DNA of 64,000 bases from a virus (IMGVR_UViG_3300033489_000009:769-64768); one strand, 5' to 3'; counted from the first letter of the stretch, positions 1 through 9,765 are shown. Notes: generated by a model from the sequence alone, not told the origin. Translations and numbers: made by a program.

Positions 1-97
1 GCCAGCCGCCAGCGCGGGTGCGCATTCCGGCTCCGGGCCATCACGGGATGACCCCGGTTCAGGCTCGCCGGCTCCCCCGGCCTCGCGGAGGAGGGCC

Positions 98-238
98 TCA
101 CGAGCCGAGCCCCGGGCTCCACGTGTTGCCGTACTGGTCGAGGTGCCAGCCGTCGTGCCCAGCGGGGTGGAGGCACTGGTAGTCAGCGCCGAGGTTCGGG
201 CCGAACTGGCAGGGGCAGTGACCGTCGAAGTCAGCCAC
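98..238 (-). CDS. Small Cys/His-rich hypothetical protein (46 aa)
   Basis: Read manually: MADFDGHCPCQFGPNLGADYQCLHPAGHDGWHLDQYGNTWSPGLGS; GTG start overlaps the end of the upstream ORF. Confidence 0.55.
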   Translation of the reverse strand: MADFDGHCPCQFGPNLGADYQCLHPAGHDGWHLDQYGNTWSPGLGS

Positions 239-752
239 GGTTCACCTTCCGCAGGTCATCCACAGTGACCGGCCGATTCTCACCGTCGACCCGGTAGATC
301 GTCCCCAGCCGCTCAAGCTCCGAGTAGGAGAAGCTGACCGCAAGCCGCGCAGCCTCTTCGGTCGCGTAGACGCCAGGAAGCCACGCCTGATCCTCGGCCA
401 CGACCCAGCGCTCACAGTTCATCGACTCGTCAGGGCCGAGGCGGTAGACGTCGACATGGTCGAGGCCACCTGCCTCGACCATCTGCGGGAATGGGGCCAC
501 CGGCCCATCCTGGACCACGACCAGGTCCTCCACCGCAGGCTCACCGGTCTCGACGTCCATGTAGGGGCGGCCGTGCCGTAACGCGAGGACCTGCACCGTG
601 ACCGTCCCTGCCTCATCGTCCACGGTCACCCTGGCCCCGACGGGGGTGGTCTCCGGGTTGATGCCTACCGTCTGGAGCCAGGCCATCCACGCGTCCCGCC
701 GGGCATACCAGTCCGGGTCCCGGTGGGTCGGCAGCTTGGCGGTCCGGGTCAC
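231..752 (-). CDS. Hypothetical protein
   Basis: ORF 231..803; likely GTG start at 752 overlapping the stop of the upstream gene (GTGA coupling). Confidence 0.6.
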   Translation of the reverse strand: MTRTAKLPTHRDPDWYARRDAWMAWLQTVGINPETTPVGARVTVDDEAGTVTVQVLALRHGRPYMDVETGEPAVEDLVVVQDGPVAPFPQMVEAGGLDHVDVYRLGPDESMNCERWVVAEDQAWLPGVYATEEAARLAVSFSYSELERLGTIYRVDGENRPVTVDDLRKVNRG

Positions 753-1045
753 AGTGTCGCCTCCAACGCCTCTTCCAGCGCGTCCCGGACGGTCGCCGTC
801 CACCTGACGATCACCACGTCCGCGTCAGCCTCCTCGCATGGAACCTGGACCGGGCCATCCGGGGTGGCGACGTACCGGGCGAAGGTGTGCCCCCGCCACG
901 GCCGCCCATCGGGGACCGCCGCCTGACCCTGGCATGCCTGCTCCCACATCGCGTCCAGCACCATCTCCCGCAGACCCGGCCCCAACTCTCGCCAAACCTC
1001 GACCGGCAGCTGCAGGCAGAGGGAGAACTGCCTCGGGTCGCTCAT
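749..1045 (-). CDS. Hypothetical protein
   Basis: 98 aa ORF coupled to both neighbours by 4-nt overlaps. Confidence 0.6.
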   Translation of the reverse strand: MSDPRQFSLCLQLPVEVWRELGPGLREMVLDAMWEQACQGQAAVPDGRPWRGHTFARYVATPDGPVQVPCEEADADVVIVRWTATVRDALEEALEATL

Positions 1046-1344
1046 CGGGATGCCGCCTCGGTGTCCGTGATCCAGGCCGAGTAGCTCAGCCGCACCTCGA
1101 ACATCTCCCCGGCCTGCCGGACCCAGTCACCCTCCGGCGGGGTCGGCGGCACGCCCAGCGTCGGGCGCCCCGCAGGGCCACCGCCGAGACGGACACCCCG
1201 CTCCTTGGCCAACGCGACCGCCTGGGCGTGCAACAGGTCCCTGATGGCCGACCGGCCGCGCTGCTCGGCCGGGACCTCCGCGTAGAAGGTCCACGTACCC
1301 CATCGCCCGCCCACCACAGCCCGCCCCTGCTCCTGCTCGCTCAA
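1042..1344 (-). CDS. Hypothetical protein
   Basis: 100 aa ORF overlapping the TerL stop by 4 nt. Confidence 0.6.
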   Translation of the reverse strand: MSEQEQGRAVVGGRWGTWTFYAEVPAEQRGRSAIRDLLHAQAVALAKERGVRLGGGPAGRPTLGVPPTPPEGDWVRQAGEMFEVRLSYSAWITDTEAASR

Positions 1345-3917
1345 ATGAACCTCACCCGAGGCCTGGCACCGAGATCCCGCTCAGCGCACATGTACCTAGC
1401 GCAGTCACAGTTATGCACGAGGACGCCGGCCGCGAAGTACTCCGGCTGGTCAGCCACCGTCAGGTTGAACACCGGCACAAGCCCGGGCTGAACGCAGACG
1501 CTGAGCACATGTACGTCCGCAGCATTCCTTGCGGCTGTAGCGGTTGGTAGTGAACTCGGTACCGCACTGGGGGCAGGTCCTCTGCTCGTCGTCCACGCCG
1601 CTCGCGTAACGCCATGCCGTCTTGCACCTATTCGAGCAGAACCGCTCACGACCGTGCTGGTTGGTGGTCTCGAAGTCGGCCCCGCACTGCTCGCAGGTGC
1701 TGGTTCGCACGGGTCCATGCCCGAAGCGTTCCACCTCAGCGTGCCAGCGGTGCCAGTCCAGACCCTCAGGCGAGCTGTGCCATGCCGCAGCGAGCGGACG
1801 AATCCGCTCGAGATGCGCGCGAGCCTCGGGACTTTGCGATCGGACCCGCGCCTGTTCCCGGTGAACTTCCTTGTGCTCGGCGATCGTGACGCAGGCCAGG
1901 TTCCCCGGGTCATTGTTGAGGGGGTCGAAGTCGAGGTGATGGACCTCGCAACCCTCGGGTATCGGTCCATGCTTGGCCTTCCATATCTCCTGGTGAAGGT
2001 GCCCGACTCCCCGCTTCCTGTCGGCGATTCCAGGAGTGAAGTAGTTGCGGTTGGCCTGATATGGAGAGTCTGGGTAGCGGCGGAATGTGATTCCGGCGAA
2101 CTTAACTCGCTCGACGTTGGACACCCCATAAGTCTATCCCCATATCCCAATGAATCGAGCCGCGACCAGCCTCTTTCGTTCACCCAGACAGGATGATCCC
2201 CTGTACCGACAAGCACTTCCCCGGTCGACAGCAGGACCTGCACCACTTCCGCAGCGGGCATGGTCATGCCACTCGCAACTACAGGTCGTGGTCCGGCCCT
2301 GGTAAGCACCAGGTGCCATGGCCGGATCTGCTCGATCGGGACGTCTCCGGCAGTGGTGGCGACCAGCGTCCCGGCAATGAGGCACCCATGGTCGTCCACC
2401 TTCAACGGTGTCTCCTTCGTCTCCCTCGGCACCGCCGCCGTCGCCCCGGCCGGATCCCACACGTAGCCGGGCAGCTCCTCCGCGAAGCATGTCGGCTTCT
2501 TCGCCTCCTCCAGCTCCGGGTCCAGTTCCACCAGTGAGTCCCGGAGGATGTACAGGCGGGGCTTCCCGTCACCCGCTGGCCGGAGGCGGGCCTGCATGGC
2601 CTGGATGCCGTCCTTGACCGTCTTGTGCGCCGCGGAGGTGGACATGCCCAGGTGCCGTTCCAGGGTCGCCCTGTCTTCCGCGTCATGGTCGCAGATCACC
2701 GCGGTGGGGCGGGGCTCCAACCAGACGCCGTCGCCGTCGCGCATCTGGGCGAGCATGGTCCGGGCGTGGTCCTCGACGAGCCGTCTCGTGTGGTAGATCT
2801 CCCGGTACATCCATAGCCGGCCGTCGCCGTCCTCGGCGTACCACTGTGCGGTGAAGGGGTTCGTGAAGCCGAAGTCCACCACGATCCACCTGGTCCAGTC
2901 GGCTGGGATTTCGAACCGGTCGACGAGGTGGATCGCAGGGTCGTACCCGTCGTAGATGATCCCCTCGGCGGCGACCCACTTCCCTCCCTCCAGGCGGGCC
3001 TTCCGGACGCCGGTGAGCTTCGCCAACTTCGCCAGGTACGCCGCCCCAGCGAGGGTGGGTTTGCCGGTGGCGGGCGCGATGAGGGTCGGGTTGTCCGAGT
3101 GCCGGCAGTGGAGCATCCGGGTGTCGCCCCGCTGGCAGCGGACGTTCAGCCAGTGGGTGGGCTTGTCCGGGTTGGTGTCGGCGAGGAGCTGCTGGACCGG
3201 GGTACGGGCGTTCCGGAGCCGGGTGGTGAGCGCCTCCCAGTTGTCGGTGGTCAGCTCGATCGCTTCTTGGACGTACACCACGTCGTAATCGGAGGACATC
3301 ACCCTGGTCGATTTGTCCATTCCGCCGAGGTTGATGGCGGACCCGTTGGCGTACCGGTAGGCGGCGGCCTCCTGCTGGGATCCGCCGTAGAAGTGGACCA
3401 GTCCCGCTTCGAGGGCTTCGGGGATGACCTTCTCCCGCCAGGTGACCAGGGCCGTGGAGCCGAGGGAGGTGAGTGTCTTGCGGATGACCAGGCCGCGCAT
3501 CCCGGGCCAGGCGAGGGCGAGGAGGTTCAGCAGCTCGAGGGCCGCCCGGGACTTGCCGGTGCCCGCGGGACCGGACAGGAGGACCTCGTCCTGGGCGGTG
3601 GTGAACACGTCGCGGGCCGCGCCGTGCGGGGCGTACAGGTGGACGCCGGGCACGGTCGGATGCTCGTCGGTGCTGGCCTGGTCGGGGTGGACGGGCAGGT
3701 GCAGGGCGGTCGGCAGGTGCACGCCGGGGATCAGGTAGGTGACGGTGCTCGCGTCGGGCCCGGTCAGGACGAGCCGGTCGCCGGCCGGGACGGTCGCGGT
3801 CCAGCCGGCCTTGCGCCACAGCCGGTGCCCGGAGTGGTCGAGGTCGTCCGCGGCGTTCCTGGCAGCTTGGGCGACCAGCCTGGCCACCCACCCGCCCGGG
3901 GCCGCGGTCGTTGTCAC
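1341..3917 (-). CDS. terL: Terminase large subunit, intein-containing
   Basis: Walker A GPAGTGKS, Walker B YVQEA, coupling motif DTNP, nuclease motifs VDFGFTNP and DDHG/CD..RY; interrupted by an intein. Confidence 0.95.
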   Translation of the reverse strand: MTTTAAPGGWVARLVAQAARNAADDLDHSGHRLWRKAGWTATVPAGDRLVLTGPDASTVTYLIPGVHLPTALHLPVHPDQASTDEHPTVPGVHLYAPHGAARDVFTTAQDEVLLSGPAGTGKSRAALELLNLLALAWPGMRGLVIRKTLTSLGSTALVTWREKVIPEALEAGLVHFYGGSQQEAAAYRYANGSAINLGGMDKSTRVMSSDYDVVYVQEAIELTTDNWEALTTRLRNARTPVQQLLADTNPDKPTHWLNVRCQRGDTRMLHCRHSDNPTLIAPATGKPTLAGAAYLAKLAKLTGVRKARLEGGKWVAAEGIIYDGYDPAIHLVDRFEIPADWTRWIVVDFGFTNPFTAQWYAEDGDGRLWMYREIYHTRRLVEDHARTMLAQMRDGDGVWLEPRPTAVICDHDAEDRATLERHLGMSTSAAHKTVKDGIQAMQARLRPAGDGKPRLYILRDSLVELDPELEEAKKPTCFAEELPGYVWDPAGATAAVPRETKETPLKVDDHGCLIAGTLVATTAGDVPIEQIRPWHLVLTRAGPRPVVASGMTMPAAEVVQVLLSTGEVLVGTGDHPVWVNERGWSRLDSLGYGDRLMGCPTSSELSSPESHSAATQTLHIRPTATTSLLESPTGSGESGTFTRRYGRPSMDRYPRVARSITSTSTPSTMTRGTWPASRSPSTRKFTGNRRGSDRKVPRLARISSGFVRSLRHGTARLRVWTGTAGTLRWNASGMDPCEPAPASSAGPTSRPPTSTVVSGSARIGARRHGVTRAAWTTSRGPAPSAVPSSLPTATAARNAADVHVLSVCVQPGLVPVFNLTVADQPEYFAAGVLVHNCDCARYMCAERDLGARPRVRFI
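1410..2384 (-). mobile_element. Intein (325 aa) in the TerL nuclease domain
   Basis: Begins CLIAGTLVAT (Cys1 codon 2382-2384), has a block B-like TGDHPVW, and ends FNLTVADQPEYFAAGVLVHN followed by Cys+1. The exteins rejoin as KVDDHG-CDCARY. Confidence 0.93.
1450..2124 (-). CDS. HNH endonuclease with C-terminal zinc fingers, nested in an alternative frame inside the intein
   Basis: HLHQEIWKAKHGPIPEGCEVHHLDFDPLNNDPGNLACVTIAEHKEVH (HNH) plus CEQC, FCSNRC, CPQC and CCGRTC motifs; same strand as the intein, different frame. Confidence 0.88.
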   Translation of the reverse strand: MSNVERVKFAGITFRRYPDSPYQANRNYFTPGIADRKRGVGHLHQEIWKAKHGPIPEGCEVHHLDFDPLNNDPGNLACVTIAEHKEVHREQARVRSQSPEARAHLERIRPLAAAWHSSPEGLDWHRWHAEVERFGHGPVRTSTCEQCGADFETTNQHGRERFCSNRCKTAWRYASGVDDEQRTCPQCGTEFTTNRYSRKECCGRTCAQRLRSARACAGVQPDGG

Positions 3918-4597
3918 AGTCGTGCTGCCGGGTCGATCTGCTCGGCGAGAGCGCGCAACTGGACGGGGATCAGGGCCTGTGCCCGTTCCGCCTGTTCGGG
4001 GGTGAGGTCAAGGTCGGCCAGGACGGCGCGGAGGGTTTCCCCGACCATCGCCCCGACCTGCTCGGCGAGGGTGACACGGCGTTCCTCGATGCCCATCCGG
4101 TGGGCGATCTCGCAGGCTTTCAGGAGCCGGTCCTGCGCCTTGCCGAGGAGTTCGACCCACAGGTTCGGGTGGGCTTCCTCGGTGATGTCGGTGCCCGGGT
4201 TCTCGGTGGCCTGCTTGCTGACCTGCTTCGTGGTGCCCCAGATCACGTCGTCCGCAGCGAGCTGGCGGACCTGGATCCGATACCAGGCGACCTCCCCCGC
4301 CAGGTGCGCGATCTCGCCAAGGACGACCTCAGCCGGGTCGAGGCCGTCGATGGGCAGGCCGAGGGTGGTGGCGGCGGCGCGCGCGGCGAGCTCGGCCCTC
4401 GCTCGCTCGGCCGCGTTCTTGGACCGGCGGGTCGCGCCGCCGTGGACCCGGCACGCCTTCCCGCCCGCCTCCGGGTAGGCCAGGCACGGGGCGGGCGGGC
4501 TGGTGCCTTTCCGGTGGCCGCTGCAGGTCGGCACACCAGGGGCGGTCTCCCGCTCGTGACGGTGCCCGCAGCGGCGGCACTTCCGGACGGGACTCAT
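3914..4597 (-). CDS. terS: Terminase small subunit (putative)
   Basis: Directly upstream of TerL with a 4-nt overlap; N-terminal Cys cluster and CRVHGGAT (HGG-type) motif; helical C-terminus. Confidence 0.75.
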   Translation of the reverse strand: MSPVRKCRRCGHRHERETAPGVPTCSGHRKGTSPPAPCLAYPEAGGKACRVHGGATRRSKNAAERARAELAARAAATTLGLPIDGLDPAEVVLGEIAHLAGEVAWYRIQVRQLAADDVIWGTTKQVSKQATENPGTDITEEAHPNLWVELLGKAQDRLLKACEIAHRMGIEERRVTLAEQVGAMVGETLRAVLADLDLTPEQAERAQALIPVQLRALAEQIDPAARL

Positions 4598-4635
4598 GAG
4601 GGTCCGGTCTCCCGGGGGGACTCATGAGGTTCCGG
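4589..4635. repeat. 19-bp direct repeat GGGACTCATGAGG(G/T)TCCGG x2 at the terS start
   Basis: Copies at 4589-4607 and 4617-4635 with one mismatch; each contains the palindrome CTCATGAG. Confidence 0.8.
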
Positions 4636-4825
4636 GGTTGGGCGGGGGTCGAAGTGGACGGTGCACCCTTGGTGCATCTGCCAGGTCATGCCGGAGTCGC
4701 CCCGGTGCCAGACGCTGTCGGGGTGGCGTTCGAGGGTGCACATCTCCCGGTAGCCGGTATCGAGGTCGGGGCTGATGTGGCCCCCGCGATGCCGAGACTG
4801 TCGAGGCGGACGGCCGGTAGGGCGG

Positions 4826-6188
4826 TCATCGGGCCCACCTCGGCATATACCCGGCCCGACGTGCCCGGGACCGATCCCGGTGAGCGATGGTGGCCTGGGC
4901 GCCGCCGTCGAGGATCAGGACGGGCCGCAGGCCGGCCGGGATGGACCGGTCGATGCGGTCGAACTCCTCGGCACAGAGGGGCTGGGGGTAGGAGATGACC
5001 AGGACGTCGCCGTGCCTGCGGCGGGCCCCCGCTGGCGGGTCTGCTCGGGTGGTCACTGAGCCTGACCCCGTTTCGGAGTGGCCACGATCGGCGCCCGAGA
5101 CAAGTAGCCGCGCTGCAGCTGTTCATCCAGGGCGTTGCGCAGAGCCTGGACCTGGTCCCGACTCAGGAAGAGTTCGACCTCCGGTGCGTCGTCGGAGATG
5201 GCGGACATGATCCGGAGCAGGCCGCACATGCTGCTGCTGGCCAGGTCGATCCAGCCGCCCCGCGATGTCGAGCTCAGGGACTCGGCTGACCCGCTCGCCC
5301 AATGCCTTGTGCCGTCCCTGCTGTCGGTGAACGGCGCATCGTCGTCGTCGAGCGTCATGAAACTGCTCCAGATGCTCACGCTGGTGGTCCTTCCTTGGGT
5401 CGACTGATTCCGGATCGACGGGCCCGGCGGATTTCCCGCCATGTCGCTCGAGCCCAGCCGTAGGGCGGACATCGCGCGATCCAGTGCGCTCCACAGGGGC
5501 AGCGCCAGACGGCCCCTCGGGGAGCGACCGACTTGATGGGCAGCTCGCAGCGGTGCCGGGGCCTGTCGGCGTTTCCGATGATCGTCACGATGCCGGTCCT
5601 TTGGGTCGGGTCCAGCCGGGGCGTTCGCTCGTGTGGCGGGGCCGGGCACGGTCGTCCTGGGGGTGCCGGGCGGCCCAGATGGTCATCTGGTCGAGGAGGG
5701 CGGCCACGAGGTCCCAGGTGGGGGAGAGGCGGTGGGGTGGGTTGACGCCTGCGGTGCGTGCGGCCCGGTTCCTAGTGGGTTGGTCCCAGGTGGTGATGTC
5801 GGTGGGTGGGATGGCGTGGTGCCAGCACCAGTGGGCTAGTTGGCGGGCTTTCGTCTCGCGGTTGGTGTCCGCCTGGCTCGTCCGCGTGTAATCCACGTCA
5901 CGTCCGTGTGGCATTGGTCGCCTCCCGCCACCGGTAGCAGCCGCACACCACCGACAGGCCACACGCCCCACCACGCGGATGCCGGGCCCGAGGATGCCCA
6001 CACACGCACTTCGTCGGTGACCGCGGCGGAGGAGGGACCACCGCAGGGGACCCCGACCCCGGGCACACCGCCGCAGTGGCTGGCGGTGCACCGTGACTGG
6101 CCATCGTCCCGTCCAACTTCACCGCCATCACCCGCCCGCAGACCGGGCACGGCCGGCGCGGATGCGGCCCACCGATCACGACCTGCAC
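4826..6188 (-). CDS. Cluster of about five small coupled hypothetical ORFs (4826-5056, 5053-5379, 5376-5588, 5585-~5914, 5898-6188)
   Basis: Successive short minus-strand ORFs, mostly with 4-nt overlaps; several have CxxC or CxC motifs. Confidence 0.55.
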
Positions 6189-7045
6189 CCAGGGATAACC
6201 CGGTCCAGCCAGTCCCGGAACTCAGTGCTCGCGTCCTCCAGGACGGCGATGCACATGTCCTCACTCTCATCGTCCGGGTGAACAGGGTCCAGCTGGTAGA
6301 CGTACTCGCCGTCCCGGTACCACCGGGGGGGCGGGGCCAGCCGTTCCGCCTCGTCGCCGGTGCGGTCCCGGTCATCCCGGAGCATCCGCACAATCCGCAG
6401 CGCCTCACCCACCGCACCGGTCAGGTCCGACGTCGCGTCCTCATCGACCCCGACCAGATCAGCCAGCCCCGACGCGAGGCGGACCCGCTCCGCCTCGGCT
6501 TGGGCGGCGGCCTTGGTGTCCCCTTCCTGGATCAGGTCGATGGCTTCCGAGAGTCCGGCCTGGAGCCGGGCAAGATCCCGGCTGGCCTGCTCCAGCCGCC
6601 CCACATGGTCCATGCCGTAGCAGGCGTGCGCCCGAGCGGCGGCGTCCAGGAGGTGCCCGACCGCCCGGAGGCGGTGCTCGTCGTCGAGGTCGAGGAACTT
6701 GGCGACCCACTGAGCTGGTGCCAGGGCGTCCCCTGACCCGCTGGCCTGCTCGTAGGTCTCGTCGAAGATGCCGGGCTTGCACGGGTAGAACTCGCCCTGG
6801 ACGCCCTTGATGATGAAGTCGCCGGGGCTGGCGAGCATCGTCCCTTCCAGGGTGTCGATCCGGACCCCTGGCTGCCCGGTGAGTGTCGCCTGGCCGCCGC
6901 ACCAGGCGGCGACGCTGCGGGCCGTGTCCCACAGGTCGGCGTGTCCGATCCTCCCGAGCATCTCCGGGACGCGCATCGTCTCGATGGTGACTGGCTTCTT
7001 CCGGTACCGGACCGGCTCCGGGCCGCTCTCTGTGTTGCTGGTCAC
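6176..7045 (-). CDS. Phage protein with conserved N-terminal KKP..TLEG..GD.IIKGV.GE.YPCKP.IF..TYE domain and a coiled-coil C-terminus
   Basis: YRKKPVTIE...IDTLEGTMLASPGDFIIKGVQGEFYPCKPGIFDETYE is a widespread phage domain of unknown function. Confidence 0.75.
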   Translation of the reverse strand: MTSNTESGPEPVRYRKKPVTIETMRVPEMLGRIGHADLWDTARSVAAWCGGQATLTGQPGVRIDTLEGTMLASPGDFIIKGVQGEFYPCKPGIFDETYEQASGSGDALAPAQWVAKFLDLDDEHRLRAVGHLLDAAARAHACYGMDHVGRLEQASRDLARLQAGLSEAIDLIQEGDTKAAAQAEAERVRLASGLADLVGVDEDATSDLTGAVGEALRIVRMLRDDRDRTGDEAERLAPPPRWYRDGEYVYQLDPVHPDDESEDMCIAVLEDASTEFRDWLDRVIPGCRS

Positions 7046-7389
7046 CGTGCTGCCTCCATCGTGGTCTCGGACCGGACAGGTGCCACGTCCGGTGGGGTGC
7101 GGGCCAGGACAGCCCGGGCCAGGGCCAGATCCTGCGCGAACGACTGCTCAACCTGCTCGGGCGTGGCGTCGGGGTCGGTGACCGCGAGCAGGGCGTTGGA
7201 GCGCATCAGCAGCCCCCGGACCGCAGCCGTCAGGGCGGTCGACCCGTCCAGGAGCACGGGGTCACCGGGCGGGCAGGTCAGGGCCCGGTCCAGGGCGGTG
7301 ACCGCGTCGATCAGGGTCCGGGCCGGGTCGAGGTGGACGTAGGGGCGGCCGTTGCGGGGCCCTGCACGGTGACGGGCCGACCGGGTCAC
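7042..7389 (-). CDS. Hypothetical protein
   Basis: ORF 7042..7467; probable start near 7389, overlapping the upstream stop. Confidence 0.5.
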   Translation of the reverse strand: MTRSARHRAGPRNGRPYVHLDPARTLIDAVTALDRALTCPPGDPVLLDGSTALTAAVRGLLMRSNALLAVTDPDATPEQVEQSFAQDLALARAVLARTPPDVAPVRSETTMEAAR

Positions 7390-7799
7390 CACGGCACGTC
7401 CTCGCCCACGGCGCCGTCCACCTGCTCGTCCCGGCCGGGGCTGGTCTGGAGCGCGGGTAGCTCCCACCGCTGCACCGGGGCGGGCTGGCAGGTGCGCGCG
7501 ACGAGGCGGGCTGTCGCCTCGCTGGTCGGGGTGATCGCGTACACCGACCCTGGGCTGTAGTACTGGCTCGCTGTGGTCGGGCCGTCAGGGCTGGGGATGT
7601 CCAGGCGCAGGAAGCTCGCTCCCGCGATCTGGGCTTCGGTGAGCCAGCCCGCGAGGCGCCGGTGGCCGAGGAGCTCCAGGATCGTCCAGCCGGCGAACGG
7701 GGCGTCCGTGGGTTCGGGCAGTTGGGCTGCGACAGCGGCGTAGGCGACCTGGCCGGGGTCGACGGCCACGGTGGGGCCGGTGGTCTCTTCGGTGGTCAT
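7386..7799 (-). CDS. Conserved phage hypothetical protein
   Basis: ILELLGHRRLAG...E..IAG..FLRLDIP...YSPGSVYAITP motif recalled from phage proteins; GGAGG RBS upstream. Confidence 0.65.
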   Translation of the reverse strand: MTTEETTGPTVAVDPGQVAYAAVAAQLPEPTDAPFAGWTILELLGHRRLAGWLTEAQIAGASFLRLDIPSPDGPTTASQYYSPGSVYAITPTSEATARLVARTCQPAPVQRWELPALQTSPGRDEQVDGAVGEDVPW

Positions 7800-8121
7800 G
7801 GTTGGTTGGTCCTCCGTTTTCACAAGTGCACAATCGGACTGGATACGGGTAGGGGGTACCCGGTACTCTCGGAGTGGAGGTGACCGGAATGTCCCGACCT
7901 GACGGCATGCGACGCGACCGCACCGGAGACCTCACCCACCCCGACACCCACGACGGCCACCACTGGCGGTGCGACCGCACCGGCTGGGCGGGAGAGGACG
8001 CTGAGGGCCGACCCGTCCCCTGCCGGGCATGCCGCCCCGACACTGCGGCCCGCCTCGACCGGCAACGCGCCACCGGCGTCCCCGCGCCACGCGGCTGGCG
8101 ACCCGCCTAACCGGTGGCCCG

Positions 8122-9207
8122 TCACCGGTAGCACCCACGGCCCAGGTCACCGTGCACCACCGCAGGCCGCAGATGACCCAAATGCCAGCACCGGCCACCA
8201 TCCCTGCACGGGTACGGGCCGATCGTCGAGTCCCCCGGGTAGAAGACCCTGGCCGCCTTCCGGGCATGCTTCCGCGTCGCATACGCGCGTTTCCCGCAGG
8301 CGGGGCACTCGTGCATGTACTGGTTCCGGACCCTGGCAGCCTTCCGCGACTTCACCGGCCACCACCGCCGTGGCCCGGCAGCCGGGTGTGCTGCACCAGC
8401 AGCCCAGCCGCCTCCACCGGAGCCCACCCGGCAGGGACCGGCAGGCACGTCAGGCACGGCCACGCGCACACCGCGACCAGCCGGCCCTCCACCACGATCA
8501 CCGACCCGACCCGGGCCCCGGCGTCGTGGACGTCCCGCCACGCCACAGCCGGCGCGTACCCGGACGTCTGCTCACCGGACACCGTCGCCACGACGGCGGT
8601 CATGACGGGTCGCCCGGGCATGGCTGCCCTGCCCGCTCCCGGGACCAGGGCTGCTCGCACACGAAGCAACCGGGCCCCTCGACGGACAGGAGGTTCTCGT
8701 GGTCCAGGATCAGCTGGGCCGCGGTCGGGTCGGTCACCCGCCACGCGCCGGTCACGATCCACAGGTGCTCCCCAGGGCGGGGCTCCCGGAAGTCCGCGTG
8801 GTACTTGTGCGCGACCTCGATCCGCTGGCCGAGCGAGGCGACCCGGCGGGCCGGGTTCCCGGATGGCTGCTTGCGGCGGGTGCTCACCGGCCGCCTCCCT
8901 CGGTGAGGTGGTGGTAGCGCAGCCAGGTGTTCCCGGCCAGGCTCTCTCCCTCGACGACATGCAGCCGCGCGGTGAGGGCGTCCACGTCCATCGGGCACGG
9001 ATCCAGATCGGCGAGCTCGGCCTCCAGGGCGGCGGCCAAGTCCCGGGCGCGGTCCCGCTCCCCCTCCGCCTCTTCGAGGCGCTCCTCCGCATCCGCCAGG
9101 AGCAGCTCAGCCAGCCGCTCCCGGCCGGACCGGACCAGCAGCGCGCCCAGGGTGAGGACCCCGCCGGGGAGGGTGCACCACGCCTGCCACACCGGGACCG
9201 TGACCAT
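8122..9207 (-). CDS. Four small coupled hypothetical ORFs (8122-8355, 8352-8603, 8600-8887, 8884-9207)
   Basis: GTGA/ATGA overlaps; includes CPACGKRAYATRKHARKAA...YPC..WHL and a CFVCEQPW Zn motif. Confidence 0.6.
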
Positions 9208-9476
9208 CAGAGCGTCCTGGTGGTGCCGTCGAGCAGCTGCACAGTCACCGGACAGGAGCAGGAGCCCACGCACCCGGCGCCGCAGGTGTGGCAGCGGACG
9301 CAGTACGGCGACCCGCCGCACTCGCAGCAATGCTCCGGGACGGCCAAGCCGGTACCGCCGCAGGCGTAGCACTCGCGGTAGCCGTCCTCGCCCGTCGCAT
9401 CGCAGGAGCAGCACTCGGTCCCGCCGTCGGCGCAGATCTCGCAGGGTTCCGCCGCTTCCGGCGTGGTGGTCGTCAC
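9207..9476 (-). CDS. Cys-rich miniprotein (89 aa), DnaJ-like CxxCxGxG zinc motifs
   Basis: GAAGGAG RBS and GTG start; CEIC, CCSCDATG, CYACGGTG, CCEC, CVRC, CHTC, CSC. Confidence 0.65.
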   Translation of the reverse strand: MTTTTPEAAEPCEICADGGTECCSCDATGEDGYRECYACGGTGLAVPEHCCECGGSPYCVRCHTCGAGCVGSCSCPVTVQLLDGTTRTL

Positions 9477-9504
9477 GGGGTCGCTCCTTCGGTCGGTGGG
9501 CTGG

Positions 9505-9765
9505 TCAGTCCCAGCCGCAGGCACAGTCGTGGTCGGCGGAGGTGCAGCTGCCGGGCCGGCCGCAGTCATGGGCACGACAGCGGCCGTGCTCGTCGTGGAC
9601 GTCGCCGGAATGGGTGCAAGGGCGGCCGGTGCGGGGGCAGGGTGGCGGCTGCCAGCGGCTACAGCAGCCGCAGTGCTCACCGTCCTGCCCGTCCGGGCCC
9701 GGACGCTCACACCACCGGCAGCACCGGTCGGGGTCATGGATGGTGCCGCAGGATCTGGTGCACAC
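9505..9765 (-). CDS. Cys/His-rich metallothionein-like miniprotein (86 aa)
   Basis: CAGGAGGG RBS and GTG start; MCTRSCGTIHDPDRCCRWCE...CGCC...CACGWD, 15 Cys. Confidence 0.55.
   Translation of the reverse strand: MCTRSCGTIHDPDRCCRWCERPGPDGQDGEHCGCCSRWQPPPCPRTGRPCTHSGDVHDEHGRCRAHDCGRPGSCTSADHDCACGWD

Noticed and set aside
6176-6500. Calling the KKP..TLEG..YPCKP protein (ORF 6176-7045) a known anti-defence sponge such as Tad2 or Acb2
   Set aside because: It lacks the motifs I associate with those families, so no assignment is supported without a structure search.
7874-8110. Plus-strand 78-aa ORF inside the leftward early region as a distinct system
   Set aside because: It has a plausible GGAGG and a CRAC motif and may be real, but there is no evidence for function or partners, so it was not listed as a supported feature.
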